Assembly (NCBI GenBank): GCA_045611705.1
Contig: JAZKXR010000006.1
Span: 48,538-112,537, forward strand
Direction: 5' to 3'
Source of the DNA: Alphaproteobacteria bacterium
Lineage (GTDB): Bacteria; Pseudomonadota; Alphaproteobacteria; CAAHEQ01; UBA3637
DNA: 64,000 bases
This document shows, in pieces, positions 9,573 through 19,481 of the stretch. The notes under the pieces are model-generated. The model saw only the letters and a list, made by a program, of their open reading frames with translations, did no database searches and was not told the DNA's origin. Position 1 is the stretch's first letter. Each line of letters begins with the position of its first letter. A program made the position numbers and the translations under genes.

Positions 9573-10028
9573 TTAATCCCTGTGATAAGGGTGATTGTTC
9601 CAAATGGTTGTGGCACGATAAAGTTGTTCGGCCAATACGACTCTGATTAAAAAATGGGGCAAAGTCATACGACCAAAAGATAATTTTAAGTTGGCCCGAT
9701 TTAAAACGCTTTTACCATGTCCGTTGGCACCACCTATCATTAAAACAATCGGATTGGCTTTGTCTTTGGCAATTTTTAATTGACCGGCAAATTCCCGTGA
9801 AGAAAGTGTTTGACCATGTTCATCCAATGCCACCACATAGGCGTTATTAGGTAAATCCGACAGCAATAATTTGGCTTCGGCCTCTTTTAAATCGGCATCC
9901 GGTAAATTCTTTTTTTCCACATATTCACGGATTTCTATTTTTTCACGTGTTTTTTTAAAATACCCTTCAATCAACTTTGATTCGGGATCAGAAAGTTTTA
10001 ATTTACCGATACAACGTATTTGAATCAT
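9573..10028 (-). CDS. rlmH: 23S rRNA (pseudouridine1915-N3)-methyltransferase
   Basis: ALDEHG, IGGANG, LSFGRMTLPH, EQLYRA, HPYHR. Confidence 0.95.
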   Translation of the reverse strand: MIQIRCIGKLKLSDPESKLIEGYFKKTREKIEIREYVEKKNLPDADLKEAEAKLLLSDLPNNAYVVALDEHGQTLSSREFAGQLKIAKDKANPIVLMIGGANGHGKSVLNRANLKLSFGRMTLPHFLIRVVLAEQLYRATTIWNNHPYHRD

Positions 10029-10435
10029 TTTGTTTTCTTTTCATACTTACAGGGTAACAAATCCGATATATCGCCAATCGTCCAACCACGTTTGTTTTTG
10101 GCGGGCAAAACAACTTTGGCCTTTGGGCCGTAATCGGAAATATATTCGCGACATTTACCACAGGGGGATATCACATAGCTGGGGATATCACGCACCGCCA
10201 CAATGGTATCAATTTGCATGTCTTTTTCGGCCGTATGGGCCATACCGATGGCGATAATTTCCGCACATGTTGCCACGGATGGTTGATTGGTACCGGTGTT
10301 TAATGCCTGATAAACATGGCCTGATTTTGTTAAAACAGCGGCAGCTACCACCGAATGATGGCCTTCTTTTTGATATCTGGCCTCAATTAAATCTTTGGCC
10401 ATATCCACCAAATTTTGGGTTGTGATTTTTGTCAT
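10025..10435 (-). CDS. Cytidine deaminase-family protein, blasticidin-S-deaminase-like
   Basis: Three-Cys zinc site CAE...SPCGKC; DTIVAVR and ISDYGP resemble Bsr. Confidence 0.8.
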   Translation of the reverse strand: MTKITTQNLVDMAKDLIEARYQKEGHHSVVAAAVLTKSGHVYQALNTGTNQPSVATCAEIIAIGMAHTAEKDMQIDTIVAVRDIPSYVISPCGKCREYISDYGPKAKVVLPAKNKRGWTIGDISDLLPCKYEKKTK

Positions 10436-11035
10436 TTATAACTCCTCAATATCCACAATATCTTCAATCATTTCATCCAAGGCTTCCCTATCCACATCCT
10501 TGTATTCTACAACAGGTTTGGGTAATTCAGGACGTTCGGGGCGTTGAATATCTTTTTGGATATCCCCGGGTAATAATTTTTCCGCCCAATCGGATGATTT
10601 TTGAATGTATTTAACCGAGAAATTGTTTTCTTCCATCTTTTCAATTTGTTTTGGGCTGAATGCAATTTGACGGGCAAACAACCAAACCAAGACAATCAAT
10701 AAAATCGCCCGAGCAACACCAAAGGCTAACCCTAAGATTCTGTCCAATCCGGATAAAGAACTTTTGCGTAAACTGTGTGTGATTTTGGCATTGACAATAG
10801 TCATAACAATCAATACAACCAAAGCCAATAATCCTGTGATGATTAAGGTCCACATTTTAACATTTTCCACCTGTCCCAGCAACAAACCGTTGACGGGTTG
10901 GTAAGAATATAATGCTGTGGCACCCGCAATAATCCAACTGGTAATTCCCAATAATTCACGTAACAAGCCACGATAAAGAGCAAACAATACCGAAACAACT
11001 ATTGTGATAATAACAACAAAATCAATCATACCCAT
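10436..11035 (-). CDS. cvpA: Colicin V production protein CvpA family
   Basis: RGLLRELLG and LSGLDRILGLAFGVAR; located downstream of radA. Confidence 0.9.
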   Translation of the reverse strand: MGMIDFVVIITIVVSVLFALYRGLLRELLGITSWIIAGATALYSYQPVNGLLLGQVENVKMWTLIITGLLALVVLIVMTIVNAKITHSLRKSSLSGLDRILGLAFGVARAILLIVLVWLFARQIAFSPKQIEKMEENNFSVKYIQKSSDWAEKLLPGDIQKDIQRPERPELPKPVVEYKDVDREALDEMIEDIVDIEEL

Positions 11036-11092
11036 GGCTATTCTCCTTTTTATGTTATAATAACAACATTTTTAACTTCTGTCCAACAATTT

Positions 11093-12472
11093 TTAACATT
11101 CCCCTTTATTAAAAAAAGTAAGCAGTGTTTTCAAATTACCGATATCCACAGTTTTAAATGTTGTTTTTTTGTTTTTATTGGGTGGCACCAGGGCTTTTTT
11201 AAAGCCCAATTTACCGGCTTCTTTTAACCGTAAATCCGATTGAGGCACATTACGGATTTCGCCCGACAAACCGATTTCACCGAAAAAGACCATATCGGCC
11301 GGTAACGGATGATTAAAGGCACAGGATAAAATAGCCATTACAACCGCCAAATCCACCGCCGGTTCGCTTAATCGCATACCACCGGCCACATTGACAAAGA
11401 TGTCTTTATTGGCCAAAGAAACACCACATCGGGCCTCCAACACCGCCAATAACATATTTAATCGGTTATTATCCCATCCAACCACTGATCGGCGTGGATT
11501 AGTCCCCGCCATCGGGGCCACCAAAGATTGAATTTCCACCAACATGGGGCGTGTGCCTTCTATACCGGCAAAAACACAACTACCCGATACATTTCCTTGA
11601 CGATCGGCCAAAAAGAGAGCCGAAGGATTTGGCACTTCCATTAAACCTTTATCCGTCATTTCAAACACACCGATTTCATCAGTGGCACCAAAGCGGTTTT
11701 TGACCGAGCGTAAAATACGAAAATGATGACCTCTATCGCCTTCAAAATACAAAACGGTATCCACCATGTGTTCCAAAACACGGGGACCTGCCAAGGTTCC
11801 TTCTTTGGTCACGTGCCCCACCAAGAATAAAACAAAGCCACGCTTTTTGGCCAAACGTATCAATTCATGACCGCAGGCACGCACCTGACCAACCGTCCCG
11901 GGGGCTGATTCAATCATATCGGAATACATGGTTTGAATGGAATCAATTACCACAATATCGGGGGCCTTGTCATCATCCAATGACGCCACAATATCACGCA
12001 TGCGTGTTTCGGATGCCAATTCCACAGGGTTATCAGCCAACCCCAAACGCATGGCACGCAAACGCACCTGATCCACCGACTCTTCGCCCGAAATATAAAC
12101 GCATCGGGTGGGATGACCAGCTTTGTTCACACCTTTTGTCAGAGCAGATACCACCTGTAATAATAAAGTGGATTTACCAATACCCGGATCACCGCCCACC
12201 AAAATCACGGACCCAGGCACCAAACCACCGCCAGCCACCCGATCCAATTCGCCAATGTTGGATTTTAAACGAAACAAAGTTTCGGGTGACCCCCTTAAAT
12301 CCAAAAATTCAATTTTGCGTCCGTTTTGACCACCCGTGGCTGTCGGGCTGTCAGGCTTTTGAATCTCTTCTTCCTGAATGGTGTTCCATTCGTGACAAGC
12401 GGAACATTGACCGGCCCATCGGCCATAAACCGCCCCACAATTTTGACAAACAAAGTGAGTTGTTTTTTTCAT
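11093..12472 (-). CDS. radA: DNA repair protein RadA/Sms
   Basis: Zn finger CQNCG...CSAC, Walker A GDPGIGKST, KNRFG. Start ATG 12472 overlaps the upstream stop (TAATG). Confidence 0.97.
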   Translation of the reverse strand: MKKTTHFVCQNCGAVYGRWAGQCSACHEWNTIQEEEIQKPDSPTATGGQNGRKIEFLDLRGSPETLFRLKSNIGELDRVAGGGLVPGSVILVGGDPGIGKSTLLLQVVSALTKGVNKAGHPTRCVYISGEESVDQVRLRAMRLGLADNPVELASETRMRDIVASLDDDKAPDIVVIDSIQTMYSDMIESAPGTVGQVRACGHELIRLAKKRGFVLFLVGHVTKEGTLAGPRVLEHMVDTVLYFEGDRGHHFRILRSVKNRFGATDEIGVFEMTDKGLMEVPNPSALFLADRQGNVSGSCVFAGIEGTRPMLVEIQSLVAPMAGTNPRRSVVGWDNNRLNMLLAVLEARCGVSLANKDIFVNVAGGMRLSEPAVDLAVVMAILSCAFNHPLPADMVFFGEIGLSGEIRNVPQSDLRLKEAGKLGFKKALVPPNKNKKTTFKTVDIGNLKTLLTFFNKGEC

Positions 12473-12801
12473 TAAAATTTCCCTCCAGAAAGCCATTGTC
12501 CTAAAAAGATAAATAATATACTTAATAATGTAAGAGCCAGTAATAATCTTACTATAAATCTAAATACTTTTATTCTGGTTACCTTTTCACGACACATCCA
12601 AAATAAAATAATTACAACAAGTGAAACCAAATATAAAAAGACATATTGAAATGGAATAAAAGGTGTAGAGAATGCCAATATCCACAGAGCTATAAAATAA
12701 AAATAAACGTATTTTTTATATTCGGGACAGATTTTTCGTGATTGTTTTATCTCAAAAATAATCCTTTTAATTGTAAGTAAAATTAGATTAAATTTAATCA
12801 T
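12472..12801 (-). CDS. Small AT-rich membrane protein
   Basis: About 3 hydrophobic segments; start and stop overlap mlaF and radA. Confidence 0.55.
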   Translation of the reverse strand: MIKFNLILLTIKRIIFEIKQSRKICPEYKKYVYFYFIALWILAFSTPFIPFQYVFLYLVSLVVIILFWMCREKVTRIKVFRFIVRLLLALTLLSILFIFLGQWLSGGKF

Positions 12802-13529
12802 CCCTCGGCCTTTACTTGCATTTGGATGGGGCCTTTGGAAGAACCGGCCACAAATTGACGCACATAAGGATTGGTTGTTTTTTCCAATTCTTTAACCGTA
12901 CCCATCCAAATTATTTTGCCTTCATACAACATGGCAATCCGATCGGCAATTTTTTTGGCACTTTGCATATCATGGGTGATGGTCAGTGCCGTTGCCCCCA
13001 ATTTTTTCACGGAATTCACGATTAAATCATTGATGACGTCTGACATAATGGGATCCAACCCTGTGGTCGGTTCATCAAAGAACAATGTATCGGGCTTGGT
13101 GGCAATGGCACGGGCCAATCCCACACGTTTTTTCATACCGCCTGATAAATCGGCCGGATAAACATCAGCGACCTCCGGTTTTAATCCGACTTCGGCCAAA
13201 TTTTGAATGGCAATCTGTTTGGCTTTTTCACGTGTCATACCTGGTTGTTGCAACACCGCAAAGGCCACATTTTCCCAAACGGTTAAACTGTCAAATAAAG
13301 CGGCACCTTGAAACAACATTCCGATTTGATTACCGTTAAATTTCACAGATCCTTTATCGGCCTTTAAAAGCCCCAAAATACATTTTAACGTAACGGATTT
13401 ACCTGTTCCCGATCCCCCGATAATCACAACCGATTCGCCTTTATGAACCGTTAAATCCACACCGTCCAAAACAACCTTTTTTCCAAAAGCTTTATGCACA
13501 TTTTTTAATTCAATTTGAATGGCTTTCAT
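12798..13529 (-). CDS. mlaF: MlaF/Mkl-type ABC transporter ATPase
   Basis: GGSGTGKS, LFQGAALFDS, LSGGMKKRVGLARA, DEPTTGLDP. Confidence 0.88.
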   Translation of the reverse strand: MKAIQIELKNVHKAFGKKVVLDGVDLTVHKGESVVIIGGSGTGKSVTLKCILGLLKADKGSVKFNGNQIGMLFQGAALFDSLTVWENVAFAVLQQPGMTREKAKQIAIQNLAEVGLKPEVADVYPADLSGGMKKRVGLARAIATKPDTLFFDEPTTGLDPIMSDVINDLIVNSVKKLGATALTITHDMQSAKKIADRIAMLYEGKIIWMGTVKELEKTTNPYVRQFVAGSSKGPIQMQVKAEG

Positions 13530-13536
13530 TTTTACC

Positions 13537-14322
13537 TCACATATTAAAGAACGCTTCGGTCAACAGATAGTTGAAAATTAAAATTAAAATACTGGCCGAT
13601 ACAACAGCATTGGTTGTGGCCTGACCCACACCTTGGGCGCCACCCTTGGAACGAAAACCGTTATAACATCCCATCAACGCAATAATAAACCCAAAGACAG
13701 ATGCTTTTATCATACCGGAAATAATGTCCATGGCCTGCAAATAATTCCATGTATTGACCAAATAAGTGGTGGCGTTAAAATCCAACTTATACACACCGAC
13801 CATATAACCACCACATACACCCAAAACATCCCCGATTAAAACCAATACGGGCATCATCAAAATACCGGCCAAAACCCGCGGTGCAATCAGATACTTAAAC
13901 GGATTTGTGTTTAAGGTGGTCAAGGCATCAATTTGTTCGGTCACCTGCATGGTGCCGATTTCGGCCGCCATTGCCGCCCCGATACGCCCCGCCACCATCA
14001 AGGCCGCCATCACAGGGGCCAGCTCACGTGTAACCGCAACTAATACCACCATGGAAACAGCCCCTTCGGCCGAAAATTTTGAAACAGCTTCATACGTTTG
14101 AATGGCAATCACCATACCCGAAAACAAAGTGGTCAATGCCACAACGGGCAAAGAATAAAAACCGATTTCAACCAACTGGCGTATCAATTCTTTAAAATAA
14201 AAAGGTTTTCGTACACAAGCCCCAATGACCTTACCTGTAAAAATAGCCAATTCACCTGTGGCATAAAAAAATCGGGTCATTACACCGCCCAATGTGTTTA
14301 AAAAAGTTAAAAACTGTTGCAT
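13537..14322 (-). CDS. mlaE: MlaE-family ABC permease
   Basis: RELAPV...AGRIGAAMAAEIGTMQVTEQIDAL, GVGQATT. Confidence 0.9.
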   Translation of the reverse strand: MQQFLTFLNTLGGVMTRFFYATGELAIFTGKVIGACVRKPFYFKELIRQLVEIGFYSLPVVALTTLFSGMVIAIQTYEAVSKFSAEGAVSMVVLVAVTRELAPVMAALMVAGRIGAAMAAEIGTMQVTEQIDALTTLNTNPFKYLIAPRVLAGILMMPVLVLIGDVLGVCGGYMVGVYKLDFNATTYLVNTWNYLQAMDIISGMIKASVFGFIIALMGCYNGFRSKGGAQGVGQATTNAVVSASILILIFNYLLTEAFFNM

Positions 14323-14449
14323 GTCAACTCCTTGATAATTATTTCCAGTTTAATCAAGAATGCATCAAAATGCAAGAAAAAACGTATTTTAAATCCGGCA
14401 GGGTTGACTTTTTGGCTTGAAAGTATTACAGTCAAATCAGGGTGATTAA

Positions 14450-15529
14450 ATGATACAAATAGAACAAAGGGAAAGTGGTATTGTTATACATTTAACGGGG
14501 GATTTAACAAAGTCCCAAAAGTTTGACTTTTCCAAAATTCAAAACAAAAAAATTCAAATTAAAAACGACGGTATTGAAAAATGGGATACGGATTTTATCG
14601 TTTCATTATATGCCCAATTAAAACAGATAGATCCCAAAAACATAACAACCTATCATTTACCCAAAAATATGGAACAATTGATACGCTTGGCTTTTCAAAC
14701 ACAAACAAAACCTCAAACAGAAAAGCAAAATAAAGAAACTTTTTTGGAATATCTGGGCGACAAAGGATTATATATTTACAGACGTTTTCATCTGGGGGTT
14801 CTGTTTGTATTAAAGTGGTTGGCAGGTTGTGGACGACAAATAACGGGAAAGGCCGTGTATCGGTCAAAAGATTTTTGGATGACGCTTGCCGATTGTGGAC
14901 CAAAGGCTGTTTTAATTGTATCTTTAATCAGCTTTATGGTCGGTTTAATTTTGGCCTTTGTCGGGGCGTTACAATTAAAAACTTTTGGGGCTCAAATCTA
15001 TGTGGCCAGCTTGGTAACCATCGGCATGACACGTATCATGGGGGCCATTATGACGGGTATTATTATGGCCGGTCGCACAGGTTCATCTTATGCGGCCAGC
15101 ATTGGGACCATGCAAGTTAATGAAGAATTAGATGCCCTAAAAACAATGGGGGTTTCACCTACAGACTTTTTGGTTTTGCCACGAACAAATGCTTTGTTAT
15201 TATCTATGCCGATTTTGGTTTTGATTTCGGACATTATGGGTATTTTGGGCGGATGTTTTGTTTGTGTGTTGTTTTGGCAAATTCCTTTATCTGAATACAT
15301 TAAATATACAATATCTTCATTTGATTTAACCAACTTTTTGGTGGGTATTTTTCATGGTTTGGTTTTTGCTGTTGTTATTGCATTATGTGGATGTTATTTT
15401 GGTTTAACCTGTGGGCGAAATGCCGACAGTGTCGGGCGAGCCACCACCAACGCCGTTGTTTTCGCCATTGTGTGGATGATAGCAATGACAGGCTTAATTA
15501 CTTTGGCTTGTGAAGGGTTAGGTGTTTGA
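14450..15529 (+). CDS. MlaE-family permease with N-terminal STAS-like domain
   Basis: AGRTGSSYAASIGTMQVNEELDAL, VGRATT; about 100-aa soluble N-terminal extension. Confidence 0.88.
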   Translation: MIQIEQRESGIVIHLTGDLTKSQKFDFSKIQNKKIQIKNDGIEKWDTDFIVSLYAQLKQIDPKNITTYHLPKNMEQLIRLAFQTQTKPQTEKQNKETFLEYLGDKGLYIYRRFHLGVLFVLKWLAGCGRQITGKAVYRSKDFWMTLADCGPKAVLIVSLISFMVGLILAFVGALQLKTFGAQIYVASLVTIGMTRIMGAIMTGIIMAGRTGSSYAASIGTMQVNEELDALKTMGVSPTDFLVLPRTNALLLSMPILVLISDIMGILGGCFVCVLFWQIPLSEYIKYTISSFDLTNFLVGIFHGLVFAVVIALCGCYFGLTCGRNADSVGRATTNAVVFAIVWMIAMTGLITLACEGLGV

Positions 15530-16299
15530 TGAAAAACACGCCCATTATTCAGGCCAAAAATTTAACTATCGGTTATGGTGATAAAACCATTATGAAGGAT
15601 TTAAATTTTGAAATTCAAAAAGGGGATATTTTTGTTATCATGGGCGGTTCCGGTTGTGGTAAAAGCACTTTGCTTCGCACTTTAACCGGTTTGATTCCCA
15701 TACAAAAAGGGGATGTTTTTATTCAGGATATCAACTTGAAAAAAGCAACCGAATTACAAAAAAAAGAAATTATGAAACATTCGGGGATTTTATATCAAAG
15801 CGGGGCTTTGTTCAGCTCAATGACTTTGGCGGAAAATATAGCTTTACCTTTACAACTATACACCCAATATGATAACCATAAAATAAATGATATTGTGGCC
15901 TTTAAATTGGCTTTGGTCGGTTTGGCCGGCTTTGAAAATTATTATCCCAGCCAAATCAGCGGTGGCATGCGAAAACGGGCCGGATTGGCACGGGCTTTGG
16001 CACTAAATCCCGAAATTGTTTACTTTGATGAACCGTCCGCGGGTTTGGATCCGGTCAGCTCAAAAAATCTGGATGATTTAATTTTGCAAATCAATGAAAC
16101 TTTGGGCACAACCATTATTGTTGTCTCGCATGAATTAGCATCCATTTTTTCAATTGCAAAAAACAGTATCTTTTTGGATAATACCATTCAAACGATTTCG
16201 GCCAAAGGAACCCCGAAAGAATTGTTAAAAAATCCGCCCAATGAACGTGTTTATGAATTTTTAACCAGAGGAGTTTTAAATGAAAAAAGAGCCAAATAA
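15529..16299 (+). CDS. MlaF-type ABC ATPase
   Basis: GGSGCGKST, ISGGMRKRAGLARA, DEPSAGLDP. Confidence 0.9.
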   Translation: MKNTPIIQAKNLTIGYGDKTIMKDLNFEIQKGDIFVIMGGSGCGKSTLLRTLTGLIPIQKGDVFIQDINLKKATELQKKEIMKHSGILYQSGALFSSMTLAENIALPLQLYTQYDNHKINDIVAFKLALVGLAGFENYYPSQISGGMRKRAGLARALALNPEIVYFDEPSAGLDPVSSKNLDDLILQINETLGTTIIVVSHELASIFSIAKNSIFLDNTIQTISAKGTPKELLKNPPNERVYEFLTRGVLNEKRAK

Positions 16300-17074
16300 A
16301 AAAGCAATCGGTCTGTTTTTATTACTGGGTTTTTTGGTATTGTTTGCCTTAATCGGTCAATCTGTTTGGCACAAAGTTATACGGGATAAGAAAAATGTCT
16401 TTGTGATGTATTTTGATGAATCATTAAAGGGTTTATCCGAAGGGGCACCGGTTGTTTTTCGTGGTGTTGAAATCGGAAAAGTCATTAATATAAAATTAGT
16501 GGCCGATGCAAAAAATTTAACCTTTCAAGTACCGGTTTATGTACGCATCAAACCAATGGGAATTATAAAAGAAAAAAACGGATGGGATAATTTGTGGAAC
16601 AATCAAAATGTTTTGGAAAATTTAATCCAACGCGGTTTGCGTGGACGTTTAATTACCCAAAGTTATTTGACCGGTCAGTTGATGATCGAGTTGGTGATAT
16701 TGCCCGAAAGTCAGGCAAAAACAGTGCCCGAAAAAGGATTTTCTCAATTTCCGCAAATCCCGACTGTCTTATCCAAAAGTGAAGCCCTTACCAAAGAAAT
16801 TGATAGTTTAAAAATCCAAAAAACGCTTGATCAGGTTGGCCATGTTGTTGCTGTGTTACAGGAACAACTGCCTGTGTTATTGCCGGCTTTGACACAAACG
16901 ACACAAAACCTGAATAAAACTTTGGAAAAAATTTCCGATAATACCGATGAAACTATTTTTAATGCCAACAAAGCATTGACGGATATTTCTGATGCTGCCC
17001 GATCTGTGCAAAATTTGGCCGATTATTTGGAACGCCATCCGGAATCTTTAATCAAAGGCAAAAAAGGAGAATAA
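16280..17074 (+). CDS. MCE/MlaD-domain protein
   Basis: N-terminal TM, GLSEGAPVVFRGVEIGKV, C-terminal LERHPESLIKGK. Confidence 0.9.
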   Translation: MKKEPNKKAIGLFLLLGFLVLFALIGQSVWHKVIRDKKNVFVMYFDESLKGLSEGAPVVFRGVEIGKVINIKLVADAKNLTFQVPVYVRIKPMGIIKEKNGWDNLWNNQNVLENLIQRGLRGRLITQSYLTGQLMIELVILPESQAKTVPEKGFSQFPQIPTVLSKSEALTKEIDSLKIQKTLDQVGHVVAVLQEQLPVLLPALTQTTQNLNKTLEKISDNTDETIFNANKALTDISDAARSVQNLADYLERHPESLIKGKKGE

Positions 17075-17075
17075 A

Positions 17076-17645
17076 ATGAAAAAAATCAAATATGCCTTTT
17101 TATGTTTGTTTTTGTCGGGATGTATTTTTGGCGTTTCTCAAACCTCAAAATTTTATTCTTTAACTGAAATTGAAACAACGCCTGTTTCACAATCGGCCGA
17201 CTTGTTTATCGGGGTGGATAAGGTTGATTTGCCCAAATATATGGACAAAGCCCAAATTGTAACACAAAACAAAAACAATACAGAAGTTTTGATTTCCGAA
17301 TATAATCGTTGGGTTGAATCCCCATCTGTTTTATGTACACGTATTTTAACCCAAAACTTAAACCATTTATTGCCAAAATCTGATGCAAAAATACGCACTT
17401 TGGGAAGCGAAAAATTTGACCGTCGTGTTTGGGTTCAGGTTGTTCAAATGGATGCTATTTTGGGACAACAAGCACAATTATCGGTATGGTATAGTATAAA
17501 AAACACGAATGGAAAAACGATTGTTCGCCAAAAATTTGCCGATAAAATTAAAATTGGAAAAACATATGATGACTTGGTTGTCGGTTATTCAAAGTTATGG
17601 TCAAAGCTTAGTCAGGATATCGCCAAACAATTGATACAAAAATAA
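17076..17645 (+). CDS. PqiC/ABC-transport auxiliary lipoprotein
   Basis: Lipobox LSGC, LPKYMD...RWVE; last gene of the MCE operon. Confidence 0.85.
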   Translation: MKKIKYAFLCLFLSGCIFGVSQTSKFYSLTEIETTPVSQSADLFIGVDKVDLPKYMDKAQIVTQNKNNTEVLISEYNRWVESPSVLCTRILTQNLNHLLPKSDAKIRTLGSEKFDRRVWVQVVQMDAILGQQAQLSVWYSIKNTNGKTIVRQKFADKIKIGKTYDDLVVGYSKLWSKLSQDIAKQLIQK

Positions 17646-17649
17646 TTTT

Positions 17650-18183
17650 TTATCCTTTCAGATAATCTGTTAAAATTTCATAAGCCTCTCTTAATCTTTG
17701 GAAAAGTGAAGCATCTGTTTTGCTGACATCCGGATGGTATTTTTTTGCCAAGACCTTATATTGCTTTTTTATATCTGATAACTGGATTGGCATTTTTAAA
17801 TCCATAAAGGCAATCGCCCGTTGCACTTTGGGCGGATATTTTAATGATGGCGTGGGGGGATTATAACCACCGTCCATCCCCAGCCTTTCTTCCGAAAAAA
17901 CATTCATTGAATCCTTAAAGCGGGGCATTCCACCAATGTTAGAACCCAATTTCCATCGGGGGCGTTGCCATGTTGTATCATTACGCAGTTGTTCTTCTAT
18001 TTCTTCGGGTGAAAGACCTTTTAAAAAATCCCATTTTTTGTTATATTCGGCCACATGCTTTTGACAAAACCAATAATGCGAACGCAACGTTCTGTCCTTT
18101 GGGGCCCGATATTCACCTGCCTCGGGACAACCGGGAAAATCACAATCATGCAAGCGTTTTTTGGGTTCTGTTTTACGTCTCAT
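17650..18183 (-). CDS. DnaJ-domain protein (alphaproteobacterial type, N-terminal Cys motif)
   Basis: CDFPGC...YRAPK...WFC; C-terminal J domain with HPD. Confidence 0.85.
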   Translation of the reverse strand: MRRKTEPKKRLHDCDFPGCPEAGEYRAPKDRTLRSHYWFCQKHVAEYNKKWDFLKGLSPEEIEEQLRNDTTWQRPRWKLGSNIGGMPRFKDSMNVFSEERLGMDGGYNPPTPSLKYPPKVQRAIAFMDLKMPIQLSDIKKQYKVLAKKYHPDVSKTDASLFQRLREAYEILTDYLKG

Positions 18184-18319
18184 TTTACCATCCAAATTAA
18201 AAATTAATTATACCTTATTTTTGTTTGTTTTACAAGACTGTTTATATTTTTTTGAATTATCGCATTTTTTACTGGTCAAAGCGTTTTATTTTGTGTATAA
18301 TTAGCAAAAAGGAAACAAA

Positions 18320-19468
18320 ATGCAAAACCCGAAAAGAACTTTATTGATCGGATTGGTTGTTGGACTGCTGTTCTTTGGATGGTGGTTTCGCGGTTTTTTG
18401 CAAATCAATTGGAACTTTAATCTTTTTTCCGGCAAATCTTGGGCGTTTTTATTTCAGGAAATAAACGCGGGATGGCGCGTATCAAGCACAGGCGACTGGA
18501 TTTTTTTGATTTCATTTATTTTGGTAATTCCTGCATACTTGGGAATTTGGTATTGGGCCAACAAAATAAAATGGCATGATTCGGTAAAAAAAGTAACTCA
18601 TCTGCCCAAAAAACACATCCAACATATCAAGAAAAAAATAACATCCGCAAACAAACGTTCCAATGGTAAAAATACATCACCCGTATCACATACATCTCAT
18701 AAATCAATCAAGGCTCCGCCAATTTCAGCTCAACGCCCCATGGCCATGCCAACAATGGGACCAACCATGCGTACGCAACCCATACAACAAACATTTACAC
18801 AAAACACACCTATACCACCTGAAATCTCGCCTTATGCAAATGAAGGCCTGCCAAACAACAATGATTTGTTGCCAACTCCTTCAATACCCAACAACGATTG
18901 GAATCCGCTTGATTCTGATCTAAAACAAATGGCGAATACCCCCTTGGACGAAATCCAATTGCCCACCCAACAAGCTGTTGTTGAAAACATTAATGATCTT
19001 TTGACAAATACCGGTTGGACCATTTTATCCGATATTGATTTGGATAATAAAAAACCAGATTTAGTTGCCGTTTCTGATGGCCAACTGTTATGGGGAATTT
19101 ACGATGATATAGAAGGCGATTGGTTGGCCGATGAAGAAGCCTTTAATGATGAAGATCCTTTATGGTTTTCCGAAACAGATCATCGTGTATCGCCTGTTTT
19201 TGAATTGATTCAACAAAGCAAAATTATCGGTCAAAAACTGATTTCTTCGGGATTGAATTTAAAGGTTCAACCTATTCTGATTGAACGAAAGGGTAATTTA
19301 ATAAATGCCGAAGACATGTTAAAAACGTGGAATGATTTAGGGGTTATCGTATGCCGAACAGATATCGGTGGTCCCGTTGAATTAAAAACAGTTGGCGAAA
19401 TTTTAAACAAACACTATGAACCGTTATCGCAAGATGCCGTTCAACAAATAAAACAAATTTTATCATAA
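18320..19468 (+). CDS. Membrane protein with Pro-rich linker and C-terminal NERD-like (degenerate PD-(D/E)xK) domain
   Basis: Two TM helices, P/Q/T-rich linker, then DLVAV...GDW...W...RVSPV, reminiscent of NERD. Confidence 0.55.
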   Translation: MQNPKRTLLIGLVVGLLFFGWWFRGFLQINWNFNLFSGKSWAFLFQEINAGWRVSSTGDWIFLISFILVIPAYLGIWYWANKIKWHDSVKKVTHLPKKHIQHIKKKITSANKRSNGKNTSPVSHTSHKSIKAPPISAQRPMAMPTMGPTMRTQPIQQTFTQNTPIPPEISPYANEGLPNNNDLLPTPSIPNNDWNPLDSDLKQMANTPLDEIQLPTQQAVVENINDLLTNTGWTILSDIDLDNKKPDLVAVSDGQLLWGIYDDIEGDWLADEEAFNDEDPLWFSETDHRVSPVFELIQQSKIIGQKLISSGLNLKVQPILIERKGNLINAEDMLKTWNDLGVIVCRTDIGGPVELKTVGEILNKHYEPLSQDAVQQIKQILS

Positions 19469-19481
19469 GAGGAGATGAAAA

